Notes: generated by a model from the letters alone, not told the origin. DNA of 45,244 nucleotides from an uncultured Gammaproteobacteria bacterium (GCA_964350565.1 CAYGKN010000003.1:1-45244), one strand, 5' to 3'. Counted from the first letter of the stretch, positions 16,780-26,971 are shown. A program made the numbers and translations.

Positions 16780-18702
16780 TCATGACAACTCATCGAGTAA
16801 AGCTTTGGCCTTGGCCGCAACTTCACCAGAACCACTGGCAACTAAACGAGACAGCACTTCTCTGGCTCCTTCAATATCACCAATTTCTTGGTAAGCAATG
16901 GCTAAATCCAATTGACTCTGTAGAGGCGGAGAATCATCCCCTTCTTCTTGTGATTCAGAAAGCGTTTCAGTGTTCTCTAAAGCATCTTCATCAGATGTTA
17001 TCGCAGAATCAAGAGCCTCAACTGACTCCACTTGATGGGTTTTTACGGATAAACCATCTCCTAATCCAACCTCAAATTCCATCACATGGCCAGTAGGATC
17101 TGAAGAAACGACTGGAGGCTCTGGTTCTGTCTCTATTTCTTGCACGATCTCTGAAACATCGGGCATTTCTGAAAGCTTCCCTGTCAGTGCGGATAAACGA
17201 TTTTTCCACTGCAAAGATAACTCATACTCCTGAACTTTTCTAGACCACAACTGAAATGCAGAACGATTGCCAGACGCTTCATAAATTTCTAACAACATCA
17301 CCACCAAATCACCACGAGTGGGTGAAGCGGCAATGGATGTTAATATCACTTGCTCTGCACTATCAAACTGCCTCTCCTGCAAAAGTGAATCTGCCTCTTG
17401 CAGAGGGTCCAACTTCACAGATTCCGCTACGGTTTCTTCTGCTGCCTCTTCTGTCACTTCATCATCTTTTTCTTCATCTACCGAAGGATCCGCCAAGGTT
17501 TCTTCATCAAGGGCTGCTTCTCTAGCTCGGCGATATTTCCACCACCCTATTCCCAAAACCAGCAGAGTTAATCCAGATCCTATCGTCCACCAAACCCAGT
17601 TTGCTACCAGCAAAGAAGACGCCGGGATCTCCACCACAGGCTCTGCCACTGGCTCCGCAGTGGGACTATTGGCTTCCTGTTCAATCACTGGACTGTCTTG
17701 TTCTGCTTGCGTCTCTAATTCTGCTATTAATTTATCTTTTTGAACCAATTTTTCTTCTAATTGGGAAATCCGCTTCTGCAGGGCCACCACTTCAAGGGCA
17801 TTGTTGGACTGATGCACAGGGATGGATTCAATCTCCACAAGGTGCACCTGATTCTTCGCTGTGGGCACTAAACGCGCTGAAGGTAAGGTATGCACACCAG
17901 GCAACTGCACTTCACTTTTGGGGCCAGAGGCTGAAGGATTGATTGGAGTATGAGATTCTACAACGGCATGCGGTACTGGACGGGAGGAAGAATGATCTCG
18001 CCATTGCCGATTTTGATCCATCAACCATTCACGGGCCGTTTGCAATGAATACCCTGAAACCACAGAAACGGATGGGATTTTTAGCACTGCTCCAGATTTT
18101 AATGCATTCACATTATGACCAAATGCACTACGATTCTCTTGGCTCAATGCGTATAACCACTGCAATGCGTGTAATCCTCGATGCGTTGCCAACTGCTGAC
18201 TAATTCCCCATAGGGTTTCACCAGGAGCAACCGGACCATAGCGATGAGACACCACCGGTGCACGCTTGGGCATGGAAGAAAGCTTTTTCACCGGCACAGA
18301 CACTTTGGGAGGCAACTGAGCCTCAATGGGATCGAGCAAGATGGTATAAGAACGAAACAGCTGCCCACCCGGCCAACGCACATTGAGCATCAAATCCAAA
18401 TCCGCCAACTGCATCGGCTGACTACTGCTGGCCATGATCACCACGCGATTACCGACTTCAGTGACTGAAAATCGAACATCTTTTAATCGATAATCTTTAG
18501 TCAGACCAAATTCTTGATATACGCTGGGATCGGCCAAAGAAACCAAAATGTCCCCCGCAGACTCCGACGTGCGATCTTCTATCGGAATTTCTATATGCAA
18601 AGGCTGATTCAAGGCTGAGCGGACATCCGGCTCCCCCAATGAAAGCGCATATACCGACAACGGGGCATACAATCCTAGAAAAAACCATTGGCCAAATCTC
18701 AC
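16780..18702 (-). CDS. fimV: FimV/HubP polar landmark protein
   Basis: ALSLGEPDVRSALNQPLHIEI N-terminus, RSYTILLDP, LysM VAPGETLWGIS, TM helix, acidic tail, C-terminal QLDLAIAYQEIGDIEGAREVL. Confidence 0.92.
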   Translation of the reverse strand: MRFGQWFFLGLYAPLSVYALSLGEPDVRSALNQPLHIEIPIEDRTSESAGDILVSLADPSVYQEFGLTKDYRLKDVRFSVTEVGNRVVIMASSSQPMQLADLDLMLNVRWPGGQLFRSYTILLDPIEAQLPPKVSVPVKKLSSMPKRAPVVSHRYGPVAPGETLWGISQQLATHRGLHALQWLYALSQENRSAFGHNVNALKSGAVLKIPSVSVVSGYSLQTAREWLMDQNRQWRDHSSSRPVPHAVVESHTPINPSASGPKSEVQLPGVHTLPSARLVPTAKNQVHLVEIESIPVHQSNNALEVVALQKRISQLEEKLVQKDKLIAELETQAEQDSPVIEQEANSPTAEPVAEPVVEIPASSLLVANWVWWTIGSGLTLLVLGIGWWKYRRAREAALDEETLADPSVDEEKDDEVTEEAAEETVAESVKLDPLQEADSLLQERQFDSAEQVILTSIAASPTRGDLVVMLLEIYEASGNRSAFQLWSRKVQEYELSLQWKNRLSALTGKLSEMPDVSEIVQEIETEPEPPVVSSDPTGHVMEFEVGLGDGLSVKTHQVESVEALDSAITSDEDALENTETLSESQEEGDDSPPLQSQLDLAIAYQEIGDIEGAREVLSRLVASGSGEVAAKAKALLDELS

Positions 18703-18758
18703 CCTCGGCGCTCCTTATCGCCAAACACTTCCATCAGTATAACAAACTACTTCAGAGA

Positions 18759-18884
18759 TTGTCATTCCCGCGCTCCTTGTCATTCCCGCGCTCCTTGTCA
18801 TTCCCACGCTCCTTGTCATTCCCGCGAAAGCGGGAATCTCCCCACACCCAAGAAAGACCCCCGCTTTCGCGGGAGTGACAAGGA
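18759..18884. repeat. dRS3/RPE-like palindromic element preceded by three tandem 18-bp half-units
   Basis: TTGTCATTCCC(G/A)CGCTCC x3 (18759-18812); 30-bp inverted arms 18810-18839 and 18855-18884 (3 mismatches) around a 15-bp spacer; left arm contains ATTCCC-N8-GGGAAT. Confidence 0.92.
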
Positions 18885-18915
18885 ATGGAGCTCTTCCCTC
18901 CCCATTTGAAGGATC

Positions 18916-19263
18916 TCACTCCTCTTTCACACTAAAGCTCACACCACAGCCACAAGAGGCTTGCTCATTGGGATTTTGAAACACCACCTTCTTTTCCAGG
19001 GCGGTTTTCTCCATATCGACCCGCACCCCATTGATAATGGGGCGATGTGCGGGTAAACCATACACACAAAAATCCTCGCCCTCCCAAATGGAAGCATGCT
19101 CCTCTAGCGGCGCATCGATGCAATGAATGTCATACTGATAACCGGTGCAACCCGCCACGGTTACCCCTAAAAATATGGCTTGCTGAGAAGACTTTTTTAA
19201 CACCTGATGAAAATGGGCAATAGCCGCCTCACTCAACTCAATACGAAATGGCACGTCATTCAC
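18916..19263 (-). CDS. iscA: A-type Fe-S carrier protein (IscA/SufA/HesB)
   Basis: AGCTGYQY and FQNPNEQASCGCGVSF motifs. Confidence 0.9.
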   Translation of the reverse strand: MNDVPFRIELSEAAIAHFHQVLKKSSQQAIFLGVTVAGCTGYQYDIHCIDAPLEEHASIWEGEDFCVYGLPAHRPIINGVRVDMEKTALEKKVVFQNPNEQASCGCGVSFSVKEE

Positions 19264-20383
19264 GATGATCCTCCAAAGCTTGAAAAAATACGTCTAAAAA
19301 AGTGTCTACTTCCAATCGGGTTGTAAAAATGCCCAAAGAAATTCGCAGCGATGACGCAATTTCCAAAGGCAATAATCCTAATGCGGTTAAGACATGAGAA
19401 GGGTTCGAGCCCTGACAAGCAGAAGCACGAGAGAGTGCCACATCTCTTAAAATGGAAGCATAAAAAGCATCCCCATTCACCCCTTTGACAGAAATATTGA
19501 TATTATGCGGCACACGCGCAGAGAGAGAACCATTGGCACGCACAAAAGACTGACCCAACAACTTCTCCCAAATCTGCTTGCTCAACTGCGAAATACTTTC
19601 TAAGGCGGGCAATTCCACCGCACGACAAATCGCCTCACTCATGCCGGCCACCAATGCCAACGGCAAGGTCCCAGGACGCAGTCGTTGCAAGGGACTCTCT
19701 CCAAAACACAAGGGCGCTAAACGTATGGTGGAAGGTGCCTGACACACCAGCAATCCTATCCCCTTTGGCGCATAAATTTTATGCCCAGAAAACGTCACAA
19801 AATCCGCCTCCCAAGCCCTGATATCCACCGGTGTTTTACCCAGCCCCTGCACCGCATCGACATGCAACAATGCCCCCTTCGATTTCACCAATGGCCCTAA
19901 GCGAGATAAATCTTGTATCACACCAATCTCATTGTTGACATGCATAATAGACACTAAACGGGTCTTCTCTGTGATGGCATCACTCAAAGTTTGCTCTTCG
20001 AGCACCCCTTGGTCATTGACCGGAAGCAGCCTCACCGCATGACCACATTCCCGACACTTTTGCATCACCTCTAACACAGAGCTGTGCTCTGTCGCCACCG
20101 TTAAAATCTCACCCGGCTCATGCATGAATGCCCTGGAAACACCCTGAAGAACAATATTATTCCCCTCTGTGGCTCCAGAAGTCCACACCAAACTCTGCAC
20201 GGGAACATTCAGCACTTCTGACACTCTTTGGTTCATCTGGGTCCATGCAGATTTAGCAGACATACCCTCACGATGTTCTGAGGCAGGGTTGGCAAACGTA
20301 CCTCGTCGCCCCCAAAAAGGTTCCATCGCTGCCAGCACGCCATCACTCACAGGCGTGCTCGACATATAATCTAAATACACCAT
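19256..20383 (-). CDS. iscS: Cysteine desulfurase IscS/NifS
   Basis: YLDYMSSTP, TSGATEGNN, MHVNNEIG, HVDAVQ, SGHKIYAPKGIG (PLP Lys), SRASAC (catalytic Cys). Confidence 0.92.
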   Translation of the reverse strand: MVYLDYMSSTPVSDGVLAAMEPFWGRRGTFANPASEHREGMSAKSAWTQMNQRVSEVLNVPVQSLVWTSGATEGNNIVLQGVSRAFMHEPGEILTVATEHSSVLEVMQKCRECGHAVRLLPVNDQGVLEEQTLSDAITEKTRLVSIMHVNNEIGVIQDLSRLGPLVKSKGALLHVDAVQGLGKTPVDIRAWEADFVTFSGHKIYAPKGIGLLVCQAPSTIRLAPLCFGESPLQRLRPGTLPLALVAGMSEAICRAVELPALESISQLSKQIWEKLLGQSFVRANGSLSARVPHNINISVKGVNGDAFYASILRDVALSRASACQGSNPSHVLTALGLLPLEIASSLRISLGIFTTRLEVDTFLDVFFQALEDHRE

Positions 20384-21120
20384 TAAGACTCCGTGTCTTT
20401 TGGCAATTTCTTTTCAATTGCCGTCAATATCCCACGCAAGATATCCACTTCTTCTACCCCCAACACCAAACGCTGAAAAAGTCGCAACAAACGACGCTCT
20501 AAACGAATGCGCTGCGGTCGAGCCAAAAAACCCACACGGTATAACACCCGAAACCCATGCTCAAAAAAACCGACTAGAGCCTCTCTAGTTGCCAATGCGC
20601 GCTCGTGCTCAAATGCCTCCACAGGAATATCCGCGGCCTGTCTTAACTCATAGCATATAATCTGGACCGCTTGCGCTAAATTCAAAGAAGAATACTCTGG
20701 ATTTGCCGGGATAAAAACATGCTGATGACATAAATCCAGCGCTTCATTGTCCAACCCCGATTGCTCCGGCCCAAATAATACTGCTACCTTGCCATGTGCA
20801 GCCCTCTGGCAGGCCACCGACATCGCCTCTCTCGGCGCCGACAATGACCACGCCAAACGACGATGCCTGGCACTGGTGCCCAACACCCACACACAATCGG
20901 CGATGGCTGAAGGCAAGTCCGCATAGATTCGTGCAGCATCCAAAACATCTCCCGCCCCACTGGCCAACGCTCTGGCTCTTGGATCACTGGGATCGCAGGC
21001 AGGATCGACCAAAACCAACTGAGAAAGACCCATGGTTTTCATAGCACGCGCAACGGAGCCAATATTTCCAGGATGAGACGTCCGAAACAATACGACTTTG
21101 ATCTGAGATAAGTTATTCAT
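20383..21120 (-). CDS. trmJ: tRNA (cytidine32/uridine32-2'-O)-methyltransferase TrmJ
   Basis: SHPGNIGSVARAMKTMG, GTSAR, FGPEQSGL, IPANPEYSSLNLAQAVQI. Confidence 0.93.
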   Translation of the reverse strand: MNNLSQIKVVLFRTSHPGNIGSVARAMKTMGLSQLVLVDPACDPSDPRARALASGAGDVLDAARIYADLPSAIADCVWVLGTSARHRRLAWSLSAPREAMSVACQRAAHGKVAVLFGPEQSGLDNEALDLCHQHVFIPANPEYSSLNLAQAVQIICYELRQAADIPVEAFEHERALATREALVGFFEHGFRVLYRVGFLARPQRIRLERRLLRLFQRLVLGVEEVDILRGILTAIEKKLPKDTES

Positions 21121-22822
21121 GGTTAAAAAAACGACATTGATGCAATCGCAATTGTAACCGAAAACTCCCCTGATAGATATTCACATCCAAAGAAAAACAC
21201 GCCCACAACCTTTTAGCATGACGGCTCGCTATCCATTCTTCTGGCACCCTAAAGGCAATCGCTTCCACCACCACATCGCTATCCAATGGACGCAATGTAC
21301 ACTTCAAATGCACCTCTTTGAGCACACGCGTATCCAATACCTGAAATTCCCCTTGAAATTGAGGGGGCGGCAAACCCTGCCCCCACGGCATACTCAATCG
21401 CAAGGATTTCGCTAGTCCTAAATCAAACGCCGATGGAGGTAATTCCCCATCTACCCAATGCAATGGCAATAACGCTTCTTGCGTTAGCTCTTCTTCTAGC
21501 ACCGATAAAAAAGCATCGTGAAACACTTCAAAATCTGCTTGAGCAATACTCAATCCCGCAGCCATCGCATGCCCACCAAACTTGTACAATACCGTCGGCA
21601 ACCTCGAGGCAATTTTTACTAAAACATCACGGATGTTTAAACCAGGAATTGAACGCGCCGAACCTTTTAACATGCCTGAGTCTGCCGGTGCGAACACAAT
21701 GGCTGGCCTGTGAAAACGCTCTTTTAAACGCCCTGCAACAATGCCAATGACCCCCTCGTGACTCTCAGGAGGTGCAAAACACAATCCCTTGGGAAGAGTC
21801 TTTAATGCCGATAACAAAGGCAGTAGTTGCTGTTGTATCGCTGCCTCCGTACACACCCGCTGAGCATTAATCGCTGATAACCGAGACGCCGCCAAACGCG
21901 CCTGTCCCATATCTGTGCTGAGTAAACATTGAATACCAAAACGCATATCCTCCATTCTACCTGCCGCATTCAACCGCGGAGCCACAGAAAAGGCAATGTC
22001 CTGACTACTGATCCAGGGCAAATAACACTTCCCTTGCTCACATAATGCCAAAATCCCGACTCTTGCCTGCCCCGCACGCAAACGATACAAACCCTGCTGC
22101 ACCAAAAGGCGATTGACCTCCTCCATGGGCACCACATCAGCAATCGTTCCCAAAGCGACTAAATCTAACCATTGGCCAAGATTCACCCCTCCTGCGCTGT
22201 CACCACAATCACGCAACACTGCACGCAATCCCAACAATAAATAAAAGGCCACCCCTACACCGGCCAATGATTTCGCGGGAAAGGAGCAACCCGGCTGGTT
22301 GGGATTGAGAATCGCATCGGCTTTGGGCAACACCTCTCCTGGAAGATGATGATCGGTCACCAATACCGATAACCCCAAAGATTTTGCATGCGCCACACCC
22401 TCTATGCTCGCAATGCCATTATCCACCGTGATCAACAACTCTCCACCCATCGCAGCCACCTGCTCAGAAAGCACCGGTGTTAATCCATAACCCTCCCGAA
22501 AACGATTCGGCACCAGAAAATCTACCTGATTCCAACCCAACGCCTGCAACCCACTTACCAACAAAGCCGTGGCCGTCGCACCATCGGCATCGTAATCTCC
22601 CACAACCACCACAAACTTTCCACGATGCGCCATACACAATGACACCGCGTCTTCCATGCCCTTGAGCAGATCCGGGCGCGGTAAACGAGAGAGAGAAAAA
22701 TCACAATCCTTTTCACCCAATCCTCGTGCTGCCAATACGCGCGCTAAAATGGGATCAAAATCACCGGAGAATTCATGGAGGGAAGGAACTTCGCGATTCA
22801 GAATGGTGGGAGTATTTGTCAT
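21113..22822 (-). CDS. recJ: ssDNA exonuclease RecJ
   Basis: GDYDADGAT, TVDNGI, TDHH, LGTIADVVP, APRLNAAGR, GSARS, FGGHAMAAG. Start taken at ATG 22822 (MTNTPTILNR); the longer GTG start lies inside repeat DNA. Confidence 0.95.
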   Translation of the reverse strand: MTNTPTILNREVPSLHEFSGDFDPILARVLAARGLGEKDCDFSLSRLPRPDLLKGMEDAVSLCMAHRGKFVVVVGDYDADGATATALLVSGLQALGWNQVDFLVPNRFREGYGLTPVLSEQVAAMGGELLITVDNGIASIEGVAHAKSLGLSVLVTDHHLPGEVLPKADAILNPNQPGCSFPAKSLAGVGVAFYLLLGLRAVLRDCGDSAGGVNLGQWLDLVALGTIADVVPMEEVNRLLVQQGLYRLRAGQARVGILALCEQGKCYLPWISSQDIAFSVAPRLNAAGRMEDMRFGIQCLLSTDMGQARLAASRLSAINAQRVCTEAAIQQQLLPLLSALKTLPKGLCFAPPESHEGVIGIVAGRLKERFHRPAIVFAPADSGMLKGSARSIPGLNIRDVLVKIASRLPTVLYKFGGHAMAAGLSIAQADFEVFHDAFLSVLEEELTQEALLPLHWVDGELPPSAFDLGLAKSLRLSMPWGQGLPPPQFQGEFQVLDTRVLKEVHLKCTLRPLDSDVVVEAIAFRVPEEWIASRHAKRLWACFSLDVNIYQGSFRLQLRLHQCRFFNHE

Positions 22823-22997
22823 TTTTGCAAGCTCTCTGTCATTCCCGCAGCACCTGTCATTCCCGCGCACGCGGGAATCTCACCCCATGCAGAGAAGATC
22901 CCCGCTTTCGCGGGGATGACAAAGCTCGCGGGGATGACAAAGCTCGCGGGGATGACAAAGCTCGCGGGGATGACAAAGCTCGCAGAAACGACAGGTT
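22817..22997. repeat. dRS3/RPE-like palindromic element with tandem 18-bp half-units on both sides
   Basis: Left arm CTGTCATTCCCGCGCACGCGGGAATCT (22854-22880), 15-bp spacer, right arm AGATCCCCGCTTTCGCGGGGATGACA; TCGCGGGGATGACAAAGC x4 (22908-22979) plus one decayed copy; two partial units to the left. Confidence 0.92.
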
Positions 22998-23003
22998 CCT
23001 CCA

Positions 23004-25463
23004 TTAATGTGCCTCTTTCCAACTACGCCCCCAGTGGGCCGTCACCACCAGTGGTACGTTGAGCAACACCACATTCTCCATAATCTCTTTGACTGCTTTG
23101 CATAATACGTCGACCTCATCTTTGTGTACTTCAAATACCAATTCATCATGAATTTGTAACAATAACGTTGCACGGTGTCGTTTCACTCGCAGGTAGTCAA
23201 ACACCATGATCATTGCTTTTTTCATCAAATCAGCCGCAGTGCCTTGTAGAGGAGCATTGATGGCCACTCGAGCTGCCGCTTGGCGTCTGACATGATGGGA
23301 AGAACGGATATCCGTCAAATAAATACGGCGTTTAAACCAGGTTTCTACATAACCATCTCGCGCTGCGCCTTCCTGAACCTGTTCCATGTACGTTTTGACT
23401 GCAGGATACCGCTCAAAATAATGCGTGATATAATCCCGCGCACTGGATCGCTCAATACCCAACTGACGCGCCAGCCCGTGTGCCGACATGCCATAAATCA
23501 ACCCAAAATTAATGGCTTTTGCTGCACTACGCTCTTCATCACTCACCAGCGCTAGTGGCTTACCCCACACTTCAGAGGCCGTCGCACGATGGATATCTTC
23601 ACCCTTTTCAAAAGCCGCACACAATTTTTCATCCTTCGAATAATGCGCCATCAAACGCAACTCAATCTGAGAATAATCCGCCGATAATAATACATAATCC
23701 TCTGGTGCAATGAATGCTTGACGAATGGCGCGCCCATGCGCAGTACGAATGGGAATATTCTGCAAATTTGGATCGGAAGAAGAAAGCCTTGAAGTCAATG
23801 TCATCGCCTGATGATAAGTGGTATGCAAACGATAATCTGCATCTGTTTTCTGCAACGGCAACACATATGTCGACAAAAGCTTAGCCAATGTACGGTGCGA
23901 TAAAATTAACCCGGGAAGAGCATGCTGAGCCGATAACACTTGTAATACTGACTCTGCTGTGGAAGGCTGACCCTTAGGTGTTTTTTCTAACACAGGGAGC
24001 GATAGCTTTTCATACAACACTTCTTGCAACTGTTTAGGAGAAGCCGGATTAAAAGGCATGGGAGAGGCTTCCTGGATTTCTTGAGCCAAGCGTTCCAACT
24101 CCCCACCAAAATTTTCTTCTAATGTTTTTAGATAAGGCAAATCCACAAGAATGCCCGCAGACTCCATAGCAAACAACACTTCCAACAATGGCCAATCTAT
24201 TGTGTGATAACAATGTCTATCCGTTTCAAGAAGTTTCCCTTGAAGATAGGCATAACAAGCCCACACATCACGTGCATCTCCATAAAAAGAATATTCAAAA
24301 GAGGCTAAGATCGCTTTTAATGACAATCCCCCCAATCGCGTATCTTGGGCGTACGCCAAAAGCTGCACGTCTCCAGAAAACACCTTCTCCAAAAAAGGAT
24401 AAGCTTTCAAATGAGATTTCACATCAAAAACCCAATAATTTCCTGGAATAGCCAGTAGTCCCTCCCAGATCTCGTCCAGATCAAACGCACAACGCACCAG
24501 CTCTTTCTCAACCATCGCACTGCATACGCCATCGAGCACATGCAACATCACAGGAGTGTGCTGCGCAGACAACCACTGCTCCCACTCTTGACGATTGGAA
24601 AGTAACACCGCATCTAGAGTCTCTTCAGGACTTGAAGACACCTCCCCCTTAAAACCCAATTCCATCGCCAAAGACGCATAATCCGCACTCCTCTCTGCTG
24701 GAATGAGATCATTCAATGAAAAAGGCAATGCTACATCTTGTTTTAACGCAATCAATTCTCGATTCAGATGTAATCTTTCAACGTGTGATCGCAGCGCTTC
24801 CCCCACTTTGCCTACAATCTCTTCTTGATGGGCCAGTAAGTTTTCTATATTTTCATAAGCCAATAACCACTTCGCCGCCGTTTTAGGACCGACTCCAGGG
24901 ATCCCTGGAATGTTATCGGAAGTATCTCCCACCAAACACAACCAATCGAGCATTTGAGACGGCCACACTCCAAACTTTTCTTTCACCGCCTGGGCATCAA
25001 ATTCCTTAGCCCTTAGACTATCCATTAAACGCACTTGTTCATCCACCAAGGGCGTAAAATCTTTATCGCCACTGGAAATGATGATCTCTTTCACCTCCGA
25101 ACGATGATGTGCTACCAATGTCGCAATGACATCATCCGCTTCTACGCCACTGGCCTGAATTAACAACAATCCCATCGCCTTGATCAATCGATGCAAGGGC
25201 TCAATCTGCACCACCAACTCTTCAGGCATCTCAGTGCGATTCGCTTTATAACTCTCAGAGCACTGATGACGAAAAGTTGGCCCCGGCCCATCAAATACCA
25301 CCACCATGTAATCAGGCGCATAATCTTTTTTAAGCTTTTTGAGCATATTCAACACGCCATAAATCGCCCCTGTGGGCATGCCTGAAGGGCTGGTTAATGG
25401 GGGTAGGGCATAATACGCGCGAAATAAAAATGAGGATCCATCAACTAAGACTAATCGTGACAT
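23004..25463 (-). CDS. polA: DNA polymerase I
   Basis: 5' nuclease LVDGSSFLFRAYY, EADDVIATL, GDTSDNIPGIPGVGPKTA; polymerase SADYSQIELR, AKAINFGLIYG, QIHDELVFE. Confidence 0.97.
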   Translation of the reverse strand: MSRLVLVDGSSFLFRAYYALPPLTSPSGMPTGAIYGVLNMLKKLKKDYAPDYMVVVFDGPGPTFRHQCSESYKANRTEMPEELVVQIEPLHRLIKAMGLLLIQASGVEADDVIATLVAHHRSEVKEIIISSGDKDFTPLVDEQVRLMDSLRAKEFDAQAVKEKFGVWPSQMLDWLCLVGDTSDNIPGIPGVGPKTAAKWLLAYENIENLLAHQEEIVGKVGEALRSHVERLHLNRELIALKQDVALPFSLNDLIPAERSADYASLAMELGFKGEVSSSPEETLDAVLLSNRQEWEQWLSAQHTPVMLHVLDGVCSAMVEKELVRCAFDLDEIWEGLLAIPGNYWVFDVKSHLKAYPFLEKVFSGDVQLLAYAQDTRLGGLSLKAILASFEYSFYGDARDVWACYAYLQGKLLETDRHCYHTIDWPLLEVLFAMESAGILVDLPYLKTLEENFGGELERLAQEIQEASPMPFNPASPKQLQEVLYEKLSLPVLEKTPKGQPSTAESVLQVLSAQHALPGLILSHRTLAKLLSTYVLPLQKTDADYRLHTTYHQAMTLTSRLSSSDPNLQNIPIRTAHGRAIRQAFIAPEDYVLLSADYSQIELRLMAHYSKDEKLCAAFEKGEDIHRATASEVWGKPLALVSDEERSAAKAINFGLIYGMSAHGLARQLGIERSSARDYITHYFERYPAVKTYMEQVQEGAARDGYVETWFKRRIYLTDIRSSHHVRRQAAARVAINAPLQGTAADLMKKAMIMVFDYLRVKRHRATLLLQIHDELVFEVHKDEVDVLCKAVKEIMENVVLLNVPLVVTAHWGRSWKEAH

Positions 25464-26971
25464 GAGTAACGCTTAAAGTTTTGAGCAAACGCCTCTAGCA
25501 ATTGATCACGAATGGTTTCATAAGAGGCGTTAGACTTCCAGGCGACTTTAGGATGCAAAGGAACTGCTTCTAATCCTGGCAATTGCACAGGAATTTGAAG
25601 ATCAAACCCCTCCAACTGCTCCATCGGCACCGTTTCAATAGCTCCAGACAATGCGGCTTGTACCACCAAACGCGTCACAGGAATAGGAAAACGTTCGCCG
25701 CCTTCCCCATAAGGCCCACCCTGCCAACCGGTATTGACTAAATACACATGCGCACCATGCTCCATCAAATAATCACGCAATAAATTCGCGTACACATTCG
25801 GATGACGCGGGAAAAATGGCGCCCCAAAACATGGACTAAATACCGGACGAATGGCAGCACCCGCTCCCACTTCTGTACTGCCCACTAAGGCAGTATAACC
25901 ACTCAAGAAATAAAACGCTGCTTGATCAGGGGTAAGCTTAGCAATCGCAGGCAAGACACCATATAAATCACAAGTGAGAAACAAAATCACACCAGGGCGC
26001 TTGGCCACATTAGAGGCCACACAACCCTGAATATGAGAGCGAGGATAGGCAGCCCTGGTGTTTTGAGTATACCTGGCATCGTCAAAATCGACTTCACGGG
26101 TGTGCATATCCATCACGACATTTTCCAACACTGCACCATCACGAATGGCGTTAAAAATCATGGGCTCTTTATCTTCTCTTAACTGAATGCACTTGGCATA
26201 GCAGCCACCTTCTAAATTAAACAATCGGTCTTTAGATAAACCATGCTCATCATCACCCAATAACGCACGCGCCGGATCAGCAGATAATGTGGTTTTGCCC
26301 GTCCCAGAAAGCCCAAATAACAATGCACTTTCTCCATTATCATCCACCACTGCAGAGCAATGCATCGACAATACCCCTTCTGCAGGCAATAGATAGTTCA
26401 TCACAGAAAAAGCCGCTTTTTTCATCTCACCCGCATAATCAGTGCCTACAATTAATATTTTTCGTTCGCTAAAATTCAGCACCACCAAAGCACCCGTGCG
26501 GGTAGGATAACGCTTTGCATCCACTCGATAATCCGGTAGATCGATTAACGTCCAAGGAGCCGTGAACCCATGGCCAGCATCTGGAGCATCGATGAATAAA
26601 TGAGCCGCGAATATATTATGCCAAGCCAGGCGCGTTTTGACAGTCAAGGGAAGATAGTAATGCGCATCCGCCCCCACACGACAATGACGCACAAAATATT
26701 GCTGGGAGGTGAGCTCCTCTTCGGCCTCTCTCCACAATTGCTGAAAATCTGCAGGAGAAAAGGGTTGATTGACCTCCCCCCAGTCTACCGTGTCTTGAGT
26801 GATGTGATCTTTAACGATAAAACGATCTTTGGGAGAGCGACCCGTGTGAGAGCCTGTATTCACCACCAACGCCCCTTGAGCAGAAAGATGACCCTCGTTT
26901 TGGGACAATGCCACCTTTAATAACTCTCGGACTGGTAAATTCACTGCTGCTGATTCTTCCACCGCACTCAT
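25451..26971 (-). CDS. pckA: Phosphoenolpyruvate carboxykinase (ATP)
   Basis: TGRSPKDRF, YAGEMKK, MHCSA, FGLSGTGKTTLS, GDDEHG, FNLEGGCYAKC. Confidence 0.96.
   Translation of the reverse strand: MSAVEESAAVNLPVRELLKVALSQNEGHLSAQGALVVNTGSHTGRSPKDRFIVKDHITQDTVDWGEVNQPFSPADFQQLWREAEEELTSQQYFVRHCRVGADAHYYLPLTVKTRLAWHNIFAAHLFIDAPDAGHGFTAPWTLIDLPDYRVDAKRYPTRTGALVVLNFSERKILIVGTDYAGEMKKAAFSVMNYLLPAEGVLSMHCSAVVDDNGESALLFGLSGTGKTTLSADPARALLGDDEHGLSKDRLFNLEGGCYAKCIQLREDKEPMIFNAIRDGAVLENVVMDMHTREVDFDDARYTQNTRAAYPRSHIQGCVASNVAKRPGVILFLTCDLYGVLPAIAKLTPDQAAFYFLSGYTALVGSTEVGAGAAIRPVFSPCFGAPFFPRHPNVYANLLRDYLMEHGAHVYLVNTGWQGGPYGEGGERFPIPVTRLVVQAALSGAIETVPMEQLEGFDLQIPVQLPGLEAVPLHPKVAWKSNASYETIRDQLLEAFAQNFKRYSCHD

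Noticed and set aside
18759-18884. Possible CRISPR array (also 22908-22997)
   Set aside because: Units are 18 bp and directly adjacent with no unique spacers, and no cas genes are in the window; these are tandem half-units of a palindromic element.
18916-21120. trmJ-iscS-iscA without iscR and iscU as a novelty
   Set aside because: Reduced isc clusters of this kind are, to my recollection, usual in Legionella-like bacteria that rely on SUF; not distinctive.
22656-23062. Short ORFs with periodic peptides (GMTKLA, GDDKAR, VIPASF; also SLSFPR at 18639-18909)
   Set aside because: Translations of stop-free 18-bp repeat DNA in several frames, with no independent coding evidence.
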